From Candidatus Entotheonellaceae bacterium (GTDB lineage Bacteria; Tectomicrobia; Entotheonellia; Entotheonellales; Entotheonellaceae), in the NCBI GenBank assembly GCA_965238075.1, contig OZ250173.1, positions 1,088,001-1,152,000 on the forward strand: a stretch of DNA of 64,000 nt, given 5' to 3'. Of the stretch, positions 51,974 to 60,734 are shown in pieces. The translations under genes and the position numbers were made by a program. The notes under the pieces were generated by a model. That model did no database searches and was not told the origin of the DNA. It saw only the letters and a list, made by a program, of their open reading frames with translations. Every line of letters starts with the position of its first letter. Positions within the stretch are counted from its first letter, which is position 1.

Positions 51974-52758
51974 CGCGTATCCTGGACAGCAAACGGCAGG
52001 AAGTCGCCCGCGCGCGCCAAGCCGTGCGGCTCGAAACCCTGCGGCACGAGGCCGAATCACTGCCGCCCACGCGCGATTTTTGGAATGCCCTGCAAACCCG
52101 CGACGGCCGGGGGACGCGCATCATCGCCGAAATCAAGAAGGCGTCGCCGTCCGCCGGCGTCATCCGCGCCGATTTCGATCCGCTCGCCATCGCCGCCACC
52201 TACGCCCGCCACGGCGCCGCAGCCATCTCGGTGCTAACGGACAAGCCCTTTTTTCAAGGTGATCTGGCCGTTCTGCAAGCCGTTCGGCAGCACGTGGCGC
52301 TGCCGCTCCTGCGCAAGGACTTCATCCTCGACGCCTACCAACTCTACGAGGCGCGCCTGCACGGCGCCGACGCGGTGCTGCTGATCGCTTCGGCCCTGGA
52401 AGTGCCGGTTCTGGCCGATCTAGCGTCCCTGAGCCGCGAACTCGGCCTGGAGCCGTTCGTCGAGGTGCACACCGCCACGGAGCTGGAGAAGGCGCTGTCC
52501 TGCGACTGCCGCCTGATCGGTATCAACAACCGCGACCTTCACACCTTCCACACCGACGTGGCGACCACCCTGGAGCTTCTGTCCCAGGTGCCGTCCGGCC
52601 ACCGGGTGGTCAGCGAGAGCGGCATCCGGGACCGCGCCACCGTCGAACGCCTCGAAGGCCACGGCGTGGCGGCGTTTCTTGTTGGTGAATCCCTGATGCG
52701 CGAGCCCGACATCGGCGCCAAGCTGGATCAGCTACGCGGCGTCGCGCCCGCATCCTAG
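51955..52758 (+). CDS. trpC: Indole-3-glycerol phosphate synthase
   Basis: IAEIKKASPS, LRKDFI, GINNRDL, SESGI, LVGESLM. Confidence 0.96.
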   Translation: MVADILARILDSKRQEVARARQAVRLETLRHEAESLPPTRDFWNALQTRDGRGTRIIAEIKKASPSAGVIRADFDPLAIAATYARHGAAAISVLTDKPFFQGDLAVLQAVRQHVALPLLRKDFILDAYQLYEARLHGADAVLLIASALEVPVLADLASLSRELGLEPFVEVHTATELEKALSCDCRLIGINNRDLHTFHTDVATTLELLSQVPSGHRVVSESGIRDRATVERLEGHGVAAFLVGESLMREPDIGAKLDQLRGVAPAS

Positions 52759-52768
52759 CGTGCCTATC

Positions 52769-53404
52769 ATGACCCTCGTCAAAATTTGCGGCGTCACCTC
52801 GATTGCCGACGCCGGCGTGGCGGTGAACGCCGGCGCCGATATGATCGGCCTGATCTTCTACCCTCCCAGCCCCCGCTACGTCACCCCCGAACAGGCCGGC
52901 GCCATCGTCGCCAGCCTGCCGGTAGACCTGCCGGCCGTCGGCGTGTTCGTCAACGAGAGCTTCGAGACGCTCACCCAGGTAGTGCGGCAAAGCGGTGTCA
53001 GATGGGTGCAGTTGCACGGCGATGAAAGCCCCGACCTGTGCCGCCGCCTGCCGTGGCGCTGCATCAAAACCTTTCGCTTCACCGAACGGGTACAGCCGGA
53101 GATGATGCCGCATTACCCCGTCGACGCCTTTCTGATCGAAGGCTTCCACGGCGAACTCTACGGCGGCGGCGGCGTCAAGGCCGATTGGCAGCGGGTGGCG
53201 TCGCTGCACGACTACGGGCGCATCATCCTGGCCGGCGGGCTGACGCCGGACAATGTCCAAGAAGCCATCGACACCGTGCGACCCTACGCGGTCGACGTGT
53301 GCAGCGGCGTGGAGGCAATGCCGGGTAAGAAGGACGCCGCCAAGGTGCGGGACTTCGTGAAGCGCGCCAAGTCGGCAACGAACGGAGGACAGGAAGGCTT
53401 CTGA
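52769..53404 (+). CDS. trpF: Phosphoribosylanthranilate isomerase
   Basis: VKICG, SPRYV, VQLHGDE, LAGGLTPDNV, VDVCSGVE. Confidence 0.95.
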   Translation: MTLVKICGVTSIADAGVAVNAGADMIGLIFYPPSPRYVTPEQAGAIVASLPVDLPAVGVFVNESFETLTQVVRQSGVRWVQLHGDESPDLCRRLPWRCIKTFRFTERVQPEMMPHYPVDAFLIEGFHGELYGGGGVKADWQRVASLHDYGRIILAGGLTPDNVQEAIDTVRPYAVDVCSGVEAMPGKKDAAKVRDFVKRAKSATNGGQEGF

Positions 53405-53771
53405 TGGCGGAGACGACGTACGTCAGCAAGGAGCCGTTCGAGGAGTTCGTCAAGCGCATGGAGGAACGGTTTGACCATGCCGAAGAGCGCGCCGACCAGC
53501 GGTTTCTCAGCCTTGAAAAGCGTATGGAGCAGGGCTTTGCCTATATGGAGCAAGCGAGGGCGCAAGAGACTTCGCCCATCTCGAACAGGGCTTCAACAAC
53601 CTCGACCAAGGCTTCAACTGGCGATTTGACGATATCAACCAGCAGGTACTGGATTTCCGAGCCGAGATGCGGCAGATGCGCAACTGGCTGGTGCGGCTCT
53701 ACGGCCTGATGGTCTTCAGCTTCATCGGCGCGATTGTGCTGATTCTGTTCAGAGGGTTGATCTTCAAGTAG
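53404..53771 (+). pseudogene. Frameshifted coiled-coil/TM protein, paralog of 17671..17997
   Basis: N-terminus MAETTYVSKEPFEEFVKRM...; after CAAGAGAC (53563-70) another frame continues DFAHLEQGF...[34 protein letters not shown]. Confidence 0.8.
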
Positions 53772-53811
53772 GTCCCGGCGAAACGGACCTGATGCGGGAG
53801 TATACGGAAAC

Positions 53812-54903
53812 ATGACGTACCGAATTGCAGTGTTACCCGGAGACGGTGTCGGCCCGGAGGTTGTGGCGCAGGGCGTCAAAGTCTTGCGCGCTCTGGAGGC
53901 GCCGTTCGGCATCCGGTGCGAGTTGCAGGAGGGCTTGGTCGGCGGTGCCGCCATCGACGCGACCGGCGACCCGCTGCCCGAAGCGACCCTGCAACTGTGC
54001 CGCGACAACCAGGCGGTTCTATTCGGCTCCGTCGGCGGCCCAAAATGGGACGACTTGCCCCCGGACAAGCGGCCCGAGCGCGGCCTGCTGCGGCTGCGGC
54101 AGGCGCTCGACCTGTTCGCCAACCTGCGCCCGGCCAAGCTCTACACCGCCCTCATCGAGGCGTCGAGCCTGCGCCCCGAGGTGATACGGGATATCGATCT
54201 CCTGGTCGTACGGGAGTTGGTCGGCGGCATTTATTTCGGCCAGCCCCGCGGCATCGAGCCCGACGCCAGTGGCGAGCGTGGCATCAACACCATGAGCTAC
54301 AGCAGCGCCGAAATCGCCCGCATCACGCGCTTGGCCTTTGATCTGGCCCGCAAGCGCCGCGGCAAGGTGACCTCGGTGGACAAGGCCAACGTGCTCGACG
54401 TGTCGGTGCTGTGGCGCCGCGAGGTGACGGAACTGGCCGGCGGCTACGCCGACGTCGAACTCGAGCACCTGTACGTCGACAACTGCGCCATGCAGCTCAT
54501 CCGCGATCCGCGGCAGTTCGACGTCATCGTCACCGGCAACCTGTTTGGCGACATCCTGAGCGACATCGCCGCCATGCTGACCGGCTCCATCGGCATGTTG
54601 CCGTCCGCCAGCCTCGGCGGCACGGTGGGGGTTTTCGAGCCCGTGCACGGCAGCGCCCCCGACATCGCCGGACAGGACATCGCCAATCCGATCGCCACCG
54701 TCAACTCGGTCGCCATGATGCTGCAATATGCGCTGGACGAACCACCCGCCGCGCAGGCCGTCGAGGCGGCAGTGGAGACGGTCCTGAATCAGGGCTACCG
54801 CACCGCCGACGTTATGCGGCCCGGCGCCACGCGGGTCGGCACCGCCGAAATGGGCGACTTGATCTGCGCCGCCCTGAACGACGCCGCGGCGAGCGCAGGC
54901 TAA
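53812..54903 (+). CDS. leuB: 3-isopropylmalate dehydrogenase
   Basis: [42 protein letters not shown]. Confidence 0.96.
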   Translation: MTYRIAVLPGDGVGPEVVAQGVKVLRALEAPFGIRCELQEGLVGGAAIDATGDPLPEATLQLCRDNQAVLFGSVGGPKWDDLPPDKRPERGLLRLRQALDLFANLRPAKLYTALIEASSLRPEVIRDIDLLVVRELVGGIYFGQPRGIEPDASGERGINTMSYSSAEIARITRLAFDLARKRRGKVTSVDKANVLDVSVLWRREVTELAGGYADVELEHLYVDNCAMQLIRDPRQFDVIVTGNLFGDILSDIAAMLTGSIGMLPSASLGGTVGVFEPVHGSAPDIAGQDIANPIATVNSVAMMLQYALDEPPAAQAVEAAVETVLNQGYRTADVMRPGATRVGTAEMGDLICAALNDAAASAG

Positions 54904-54906
54904 GCC

Positions 54907-55908
54907 ATGGAAGCATGTCATCTGGCCGTCGTCGGCGCCACCGGCCTGGTTGGGCAAGAGGTGCTCCGCATCCTGGAAGAGCGCGGCTTCCCCGTCGGCA
55001 CTCTCACCCTGCTGGCCTCGGACCGCTCCGCCGGCAGCCGCGTGGAGTTTCGCAGCCGCAGCACAGTGGTGCGCGAGTTGAGCACGGAAGCCTTTAACGA
55101 GGTGGACACCGCCATCTTTGCCGCCGACGCCGAGGCGAGCCACGATTATGCCCGGCAGGCCGCGCAGGCGGGCGCCCTGGTCCTCGACTGCAGCAGCGCT
55201 TTTCGCCTGCATCCGCACGTACCCCTCTGTGTGCCGGAAATCAACCCCGAGGTACTGCAGCGCCATCACGGCATCATCGCCATCCCGCACAGCATGACGA
55301 CGCAACTCGCTCTTGCCCTCGCCCCCCTGCACGCCGAGGCTACCCTGGCGCGTGTGGTGGTATCGACGTACCAAGCCGCCTCCGGGCGCGGCCGCCGCGC
55401 CGTGCGGGAGTTCGACCAGCAATTACGCGACCTGCTGAATTTCCGCCCCGTGGAAGCGGAGATATTTCCGCACCAGCTCGCTTTTAACTGCTTGCCGCAG
55501 GGCGGAGCGTTTGTGGACAACGGCCACTGTGAAGAAGAAATGGCGCTGATGGACGAGACCCGCAAGCTGCTGGCAGCGCCGGACCTGCCGGTGAGCGCCA
55601 CGGTGGTCTACGTGCCACTGGCGCACAGTCACTCCGCCTCCGTTTACATCGAGACCGAGCGCACGCTCAGCGTGCCGCAGGTGCGCGATCTGCTCGAACA
55701 GGCACCCGGCGTGGAGGTCGAGGACGATTGTCGGGAACAGGTATATCCCCTGGCGATTCACGCCAACGGCCGGGACGAGGTTTTCGTCGGGCGCATTCGC
55801 GCCGACCTCTCCATGCCCAATGGCCTACACCTGTGGGTGGTTGCCGACAACCTGCGCAGGGGTGCGGCGCTAAATGCGGTGCAGATCGCCGAGCACCTGG
55901 CCAGTTGA
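54907..55908 (+). CDS. Aspartate-semialdehyde dehydrogenase homolog lacking the catalytic Cys (Usg-like)
   Basis: GATGLVG, VPEINP, STYQAASG, VGRIR, DNLRRGAALNAVQIAE; IPHSMT in place of NPNCST. Confidence 0.85.
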   Translation: MEACHLAVVGATGLVGQEVLRILEERGFPVGTLTLLASDRSAGSRVEFRSRSTVVRELSTEAFNEVDTAIFAADAEASHDYARQAAQAGALVLDCSSAFRLHPHVPLCVPEINPEVLQRHHGIIAIPHSMTTQLALALAPLHAEATLARVVVSTYQAASGRGRRAVREFDQQLRDLLNFRPVEAEIFPHQLAFNCLPQGGAFVDNGHCEEEMALMDETRKLLAAPDLPVSATVVYVPLAHSHSASVYIETERTLSVPQVRDLLEQAPGVEVEDDCREQVYPLAIHANGRDEVFVGRIRADLSMPNGLHLWVVADNLRRGAALNAVQIAEHLAS

Positions 55909-55912
55909 CGCT

Positions 55913-55993
55913 GTAAGTCGGATTAGCGGAGCGTCTCCGACTTCTTCCCCCCCCCTCAGCCGTCGGACTACGCTTGCAGCTAATCCGACCTAC
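55913..55993. repeat. Inverted doublet of GTAG-type REPs (REPIN-like)
   Basis: GTAAGTCGGATTAGCGGAGCGTCTCCGAC and, on the minus strand, GTAGGTCGGATTAGCTGCAAGCGTAGTCCGAC. Confidence 0.8.
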
Positions 55994-56048
55994 GCTAGGC
56001 ACTCATTCGCCCCACCAGTTGAAGCCGGAGCAGAGGAGAACGCAACAC

Positions 56049-56912
56049 ATGCACAAGGGTAAGATCGGGGTCATCGGCGGCAGCGGATTATACGCCATGG
56101 CGGCGCTGGAAAACGTCAGCGAGGAGCGGGTCGAGACGCCCTTTGGGGCGCCGTCCGACGCCTTCATACTCGGCACCCTGGGGGACCGGGAGATGGTCTT
56201 CCTGCCCCGCCACGGGCGCGGTCACCGCATCCCGCCGTCCGCCATCAATTTCCGCGCCAACCTCTACGGCATGAAATTGCTCGGCGTCGAATGGGTCATC
56301 TCCGTCAGCGCCGTCGGCAGCATGCGTGAGGACATCCACCCCGGCGATGTGGTCATCCCGGACCAGTTCTTCGACCGCACCCGCTCGCGCGTCTCCACCT
56401 TTTTCGATACCGACGTAGTCGCGCACATCGCTTTTGCCGACCCCGTCTGCGGCGTCATGGCGCAAGCGCTGCAGCAGGCTGCCGCCACCGCCGGGGCCAC
56501 GGTGCATGTCGGCGGCACCTACTTGTGCATCGAAGGGCCGCAGTTCTCCACCCGCGCCGAATCGCAGATCTACCGGCAGTGGGGCGTGGACGTGATCGGC
56601 ATGACCAACCTGCCCGAGGCGCGCCTAACCCGTGAAGCCGAGTTATGCTACGCTACACTGGCCTTGTGCACCGATTATGACTGCTGGCACGACAGCGCCA
56701 GCGACGTGGACATTAGCGCCATCCTGGAAGTCCTGCGGCGCAACGTGCAGCTCGCCCAGAACATCATCGCGCACACCGCGCCCGCCCTGAAGGGGGAGCG
56801 CACATGCCCGTGCAGCACCGCCTTGCAATACGCCTTGATTACCGACCCGGCGATGATTCCGGCGGCGGCCAAAGAGCGGCTGGGGCTACTGATTGATCGT
56901 TACCTCTCATAA
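56049..56912 (+). CDS. mtnP: S-methyl-5'-thioadenosine phosphorylase
   Basis: GVIGGSGLY, PRHGRGH, EGPQFSTRAES, GMTNLPE, TDYDCW. Confidence 0.95.
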   Translation: MHKGKIGVIGGSGLYAMAALENVSEERVETPFGAPSDAFILGTLGDREMVFLPRHGRGHRIPPSAINFRANLYGMKLLGVEWVISVSAVGSMREDIHPGDVVIPDQFFDRTRSRVSTFFDTDVVAHIAFADPVCGVMAQALQQAAATAGATVHVGGTYLCIEGPQFSTRAESQIYRQWGVDVIGMTNLPEARLTREAELCYATLALCTDYDCWHDSASDVDISAILEVLRRNVQLAQNIIAHTAPALKGERTCPCSTALQYALITDPAMIPAAAKERLGLLIDRYLS

Positions 56913-56928
56913 GGAAAGGAATGGCGCT

Positions 56929-58221
56929 GTGACGGATCGGCGTATGGACACCTCCGCAGAGCTCTTCGAGCAGGCACAGCAGATCATCCCCGGCGGCGTC
57001 AACAGCCCGGTGCGGGCGTACAAGTCGGTCAACCTGAAGCCGCCCTTCATCCAACGCGCCAAGGGCTCGCGGGTCTACGACGTGGACGGCAATGCCTACA
57101 TCGACTACGTGGGCTCGTGGGGTCCGATGATCTTGGGGCACGCCCACCCGGAGGTGGTGGCAGCCGTTCAGGCCGCCGCCGCCGAGGGCTGCAGCTTCGG
57201 AGCGCCTACGGCGCGCGAGGTTCAATTGGCGCGGCTAATCGTCGAAGCGTTTCCGTCTATCGACATGGTGCGCCTGGTCAATTCCGGCACCGAGGCGACG
57301 ATGAGCGCCATCCGCCTGGCGCGCGGCTTCACCGGGCGTGACAGCATCCTCAAGTTTGCCGGCTGCTACCACGGCCACGCCGACAGCCTCCTGGTGAAGG
57401 CCGGCTCGGGCGCCATGACCTTCGGGGTGCCCGACAGCCCCGGCGTGCCCGCTGACCTCGCCCGCCACACCCTCACCATGCCGTTCAACGATCTTGACGC
57501 CGTGCGCGCGGTGCTGGAGCAGAACTCCGGCAAGGTGGCGTGCGCCATCGTCGAGCCGGCCGTCGGCAACATGGGGCTGGTACCGCCGGAGCCCGGCTTC
57601 CTGCAAGGACTGCGCGACCTGACGCGCCAGCACGACGCGCTGTTGATCCTCGACGAAGTGATGACCGGCTTCCGGGTGGCCTACGGCGGCGTGCAGACCC
57701 TGTACGACATCGACCCCGACCTGACCACCCTGGGCAAAGTGATCGGCGGCGGCCTGCCCGTTGGTGCCTACGGCGGCAAGCGGGAAATCATGGAGCACAT
57801 GTCGCCGGTCGGGCCGATCTACCAGGCCGGCACGCTGTCCGGCAACCCCTTGGCCATGGCCGCCGGCATCACCACCCTGGAGATTCTGCGCGCCGAGCCG
57901 CCCTACGCAGCCCTGGGCGAGCGCGCCGCCTATCTGATGGACGAGACCGCCAAGGCCGCCCGTCAGCACGGGGTGCCAGTCTACACCACGGCCCTGGGCT
58001 CGATGTTCACGCTCTTTTTCAGCGCCAAGCCGGTGCGCAACTTCGACGACGCCAGCGCCTGCGACGTGCCCGCCTTTCGCCGCTACTTCGCCGCCATGCT
58101 GCAAGCCGGCATCTACCTGGCGCCCTCGCAGTACGAGGCCGGCTTCCTGTCCACGGCGCACTCCGACGCCGACATCGAAGCCACCCTGCGCGCCGGCGCC
58201 GCGGCCTTGCAGGGCCTGTAG
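56929..58221 (+). CDS. hemL: Glutamate-1-semialdehyde 2,1-aminomutase
   Basis: PGGVNSPVRA, NSGTEATM, YHGHAD, DEVMTGFR, GKVIGGG, YQAGTLSGNP. Confidence 0.97.
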   Translation: MTDRRMDTSAELFEQAQQIIPGGVNSPVRAYKSVNLKPPFIQRAKGSRVYDVDGNAYIDYVGSWGPMILGHAHPEVVAAVQAAAAEGCSFGAPTAREVQLARLIVEAFPSIDMVRLVNSGTEATMSAIRLARGFTGRDSILKFAGCYHGHADSLLVKAGSGAMTFGVPDSPGVPADLARHTLTMPFNDLDAVRAVLEQNSGKVACAIVEPAVGNMGLVPPEPGFLQGLRDLTRQHDALLILDEVMTGFRVAYGGVQTLYDIDPDLTTLGKVIGGGLPVGAYGGKREIMEHMSPVGPIYQAGTLSGNPLAMAAGITTLEILRAEPPYAALGERAAYLMDETAKAARQHGVPVYTTALGSMFTLFFSAKPVRNFDDASACDVPAFRRYFAAMLQAGIYLAPSQYEAGFLSTAHSDADIEATLRAGAAALQGL

Positions 58222-58225
58222 GAAT

Positions 58226-58257
58226 GCAGGTGGGATTAGCCGCAGGCGTAATCCGAC
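58226..58257 (+). repeat. GTAG-type REP-like palindrome
   Basis: GCAGGTGGGATTAGCCGCAGGCGTAATCCGAC. Confidence 0.8.
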
Positions 58258-58280
58258 ATCCCAATTGGAGGACACCAACG

Positions 58281-58643
58281 ATGCGTGGCGCCCCGATGAC
58301 ATCCTCGGGCATGGACTCCGAAGCCCCCAGGAGCGGCGTCATACGTCAGATTTTCACCGCGCCCTGGCTGTGTATCGCCCTGATCCTCAGCGGTATCTTT
58401 ATCCTGGGCATGATGGCGCTGGCCATCCACAGCGAAAAGGGCTTCCTCGCCATGTGGGAAAAGCAGCACGAGCTCGCCGTGCTGGAAAGCGACATCGCCG
58501 ACGTCGAGGCAGTAAACGCCGAGTTGCACGGCGAGATCTGGCGTCTGCTGAACGATCTGGAGTACATCGAGAAGATTGCCCGCGAGGAACTTCGGCTGGT
58601 GCGTCCCGGCGAGGTAGTGTTTGAGTTCGCCGACGAGCCGTAG
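58281..58643 (+). CDS. ftsB: Septum formation initiator FtsB/DivIC
   Basis: TM helix, coiled coil, IEKIAREELRLVRPGE; GGAGG RBS. Confidence 0.85.
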   Translation: MRGAPMTSSGMDSEAPRSGVIRQIFTAPWLCIALILSGIFILGMMALAIHSEKGFLAMWEKQHELAVLESDIADVEAVNAELHGEIWRLLNDLEYIEKIAREELRLVRPGEVVFEFADEP

Positions 58644-58752
58644 AATTCAAAGCCGCGCGCACAATTGGTCAGGGAATTCCCCATGAGGCGAAGCGGTTTT
58701 AAGGGAGAGCCTCCGTAGAGGGGGCCGGAAACAAGAAACAGGGAGGAAAAAT

Positions 58753-59226
58753 ATGGCACTGCTAAGAAAGAGGAACGGTTGGCAGGCGGTGCTTGGGATT
58801 CTGATCGTTGTCAGCCTGCTGGCGCCGGTAACGGCCATGGCCGTCAAGCCGATCAATACCAGCCTGCTGAGGGGGGCGATCAAAGGGTATGACCCGGTGG
58901 CCTATTTCACTCAGAGCGAACCGGTGAAGGGCAGGGGCGCCCACAGCTACGCGTGGATGGGCGCCACCTGGTACTTTGCCAGCGCGGACAACAGGGCGTT
59001 GTTCGCGGGCGACCCGGAGAAATATGCGCCCCAATACGGCGGCTACTGCGCCTACGCAGTGAGCCAGGGCTATACCGCCAAGATCGACCCGGATGCTTGG
59101 AGAATTGTCGACGACAAGCTCTACCTGAACTTCAGCCTCAAGGTGCAGAAGATCTGGGAGAAGGACATCCCCGGATACATCGCCAAGGCTGACGTGAATT
59201 GGCCGCAGATCCTGAGCGGAAATTAA
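58753..59226 (+). CDS. Exported YHS-domain protein (Cys form of a family with selenoprotein members)
   Basis: Signal peptide, AIKGYDPVAYF, KYAPQYGGYCAYAV, DPDAW, KLYLN. Confidence 0.88.
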   Translation: MALLRKRNGWQAVLGILIVVSLLAPVTAMAVKPINTSLLRGAIKGYDPVAYFTQSEPVKGRGAHSYAWMGATWYFASADNRALFAGDPEKYAPQYGGYCAYAVSQGYTAKIDPDAWRIVDDKLYLNFSLKVQKIWEKDIPGYIAKADVNWPQILSGN

Positions 59227-59284
59227 TCCCACCTTACCCTCTCCGGCGAGGCGCCACTCCTTGGCGCGCCTGCCGGAGAGCCCT

Positions 59285-60628
59285 TCACCGACGGGCCAGC
59301 ATGCGGACGCCGATCAACGACTCCACCGTGCCTGTCGCCAACACCTCCAGAAACGCTTTCCCCGATGAGCATACCTTGACGTGACCGACCAGCTCCGTGG
59401 GCAGCGCCCCGAGCGACGCCCCGGTGTCGCCGCCGCCGACGAGAACGTGGGCGTTTCTCGCCTGCGCCGCATAGGCGGCATAGCGCAGAATTTCATCGTT
59501 GCCGCGCGCAAAACTCGGCCACTCGTAGCGGCCCATAGGGCCATTCATGACCAGCGTGTTGGCCAGCGCGATCTCGCACGTGTACCGCGTGATCGTTTGC
59601 AGACCGATGTCGCCGATGTGGCGGGGGTCGCTCCGATCAATCCGGCTCGCCGGTAGCTCGGCTCGCTCCACTGCAGATCCCTGCTGCGGCCCCAAGGCAA
59701 CGTCGACCGGCACTCTGATCTTGTCGCCGCCAAAGTCGTCCATCAAGGCGCGTGCCTTGGCGAGGGTCTGCGACAGGTCACGGGTGACGGCAGCAATGTT
59801 CGTCTCCGTCTGTTCGTTGAGTTGAATCCCTTGCGCCTGCAACAACACCAAGCCGACGAGCCCGCCCGTAATGACCGTGTCCGCCTTTCCCTGCTCCAGG
59901 AAAACCTGCATGCTGCTGAGCGAGTCATCGACCTTGGCGCCGCCGACGATCAGCAGCATGGGGGCTTTGGGCGACTCCAGGGCCTGCGACAATTGCTCAA
60001 TCTCACGCATTACGACCGGCCCCGCATAGAGCGGTCCCAAGGCCGCCAGACCCACCACCGAAGCCTGGGCGCGGTGCCCGACCGAGAAGCCGTCCAGCGC
60101 CACGACGCGATTGTCCACCTCGGCAAGCATACGGATCAGGGGGGTATCGGCGAAAGCCGCCGGCTGGTCTCCCTGCACCCGTGATTCCGCTTCGCTGAAG
60201 CGCACGTTTTCGAGCAGCAGCACCGTGCGCTCCGGCAGGCTGCGGATGCGCGTCAGGACAGTGTCAGACGCCACCGCCTCTTCGCCCAGTTGTCCAATGG
60301 TTTCGCTGTCGGATCCTTCCCACACATAGGCCGTCTCAATTCCTTTCGAGCGTAGTTTGCCGCGGCAGTATACGAAGTGCGGCAACAACGTCGTGCAATC
60401 GTCCCTTCCCGGCCGGCCCTGGTGCGCCAGCAGTACAATGTTGCGCGGCGGCCTGGGCAATTCGAACAGGGGCATGATCGACGTATCCAGATGATCGTCA
60501 ATCCGCGTCGTATCCCGCAGCACAAGGCCCTCGCGCGCCTCCTCGACGGGTGAATTGAAGTCCACGCGCATGATCAAGGTCTTGCCCGCGAGGTCGGCCT
60601 TGTTCAGCGCCACATAAGGTACGGCCAT
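59285..60628 (-). CDS. pgk: Phosphoglycerate kinase, divergent archaeal-like type
   Basis: RVDFNSP, HQGRP, LLENVRF, GHR, GGAKVDD, DIG, NGPMG, GGGDT. Confidence 0.85.
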   Translation of the reverse strand: MAVPYVALNKADLAGKTLIMRVDFNSPVEEAREGLVLRDTTRIDDHLDTSIMPLFELPRPPRNIVLLAHQGRPGRDDCTTLLPHFVYCRGKLRSKGIETAYVWEGSDSETIGQLGEEAVASDTVLTRIRSLPERTVLLLENVRFSEAESRVQGDQPAAFADTPLIRMLAEVDNRVVALDGFSVGHRAQASVVGLAALGPLYAGPVVMREIEQLSQALESPKAPMLLIVGGAKVDDSLSSMQVFLEQGKADTVITGGLVGLVLLQAQGIQLNEQTETNIAAVTRDLSQTLAKARALMDDFGGDKIRVPVDVALGPQQGSAVERAELPASRIDRSDPRHIGDIGLQTITRYTCEIALANTLVMNGPMGRYEWPSFARGNDEILRYAAYAAQARNAHVLVGGGDTGASLGALPTELVGHVKVCSSGKAFLEVLATGTVESLIGVRMLARR

Positions 60629-60734
60629 ACGATCTGTCTTCCTCCTGATTGGTCTTGCCCGTACAGGTCAAAAAAGCGTTTGCACGGGCCGGGCGAGCAC
60701 CCGCGCAAACGCCATCCATCATCGCCGGGGGCGA

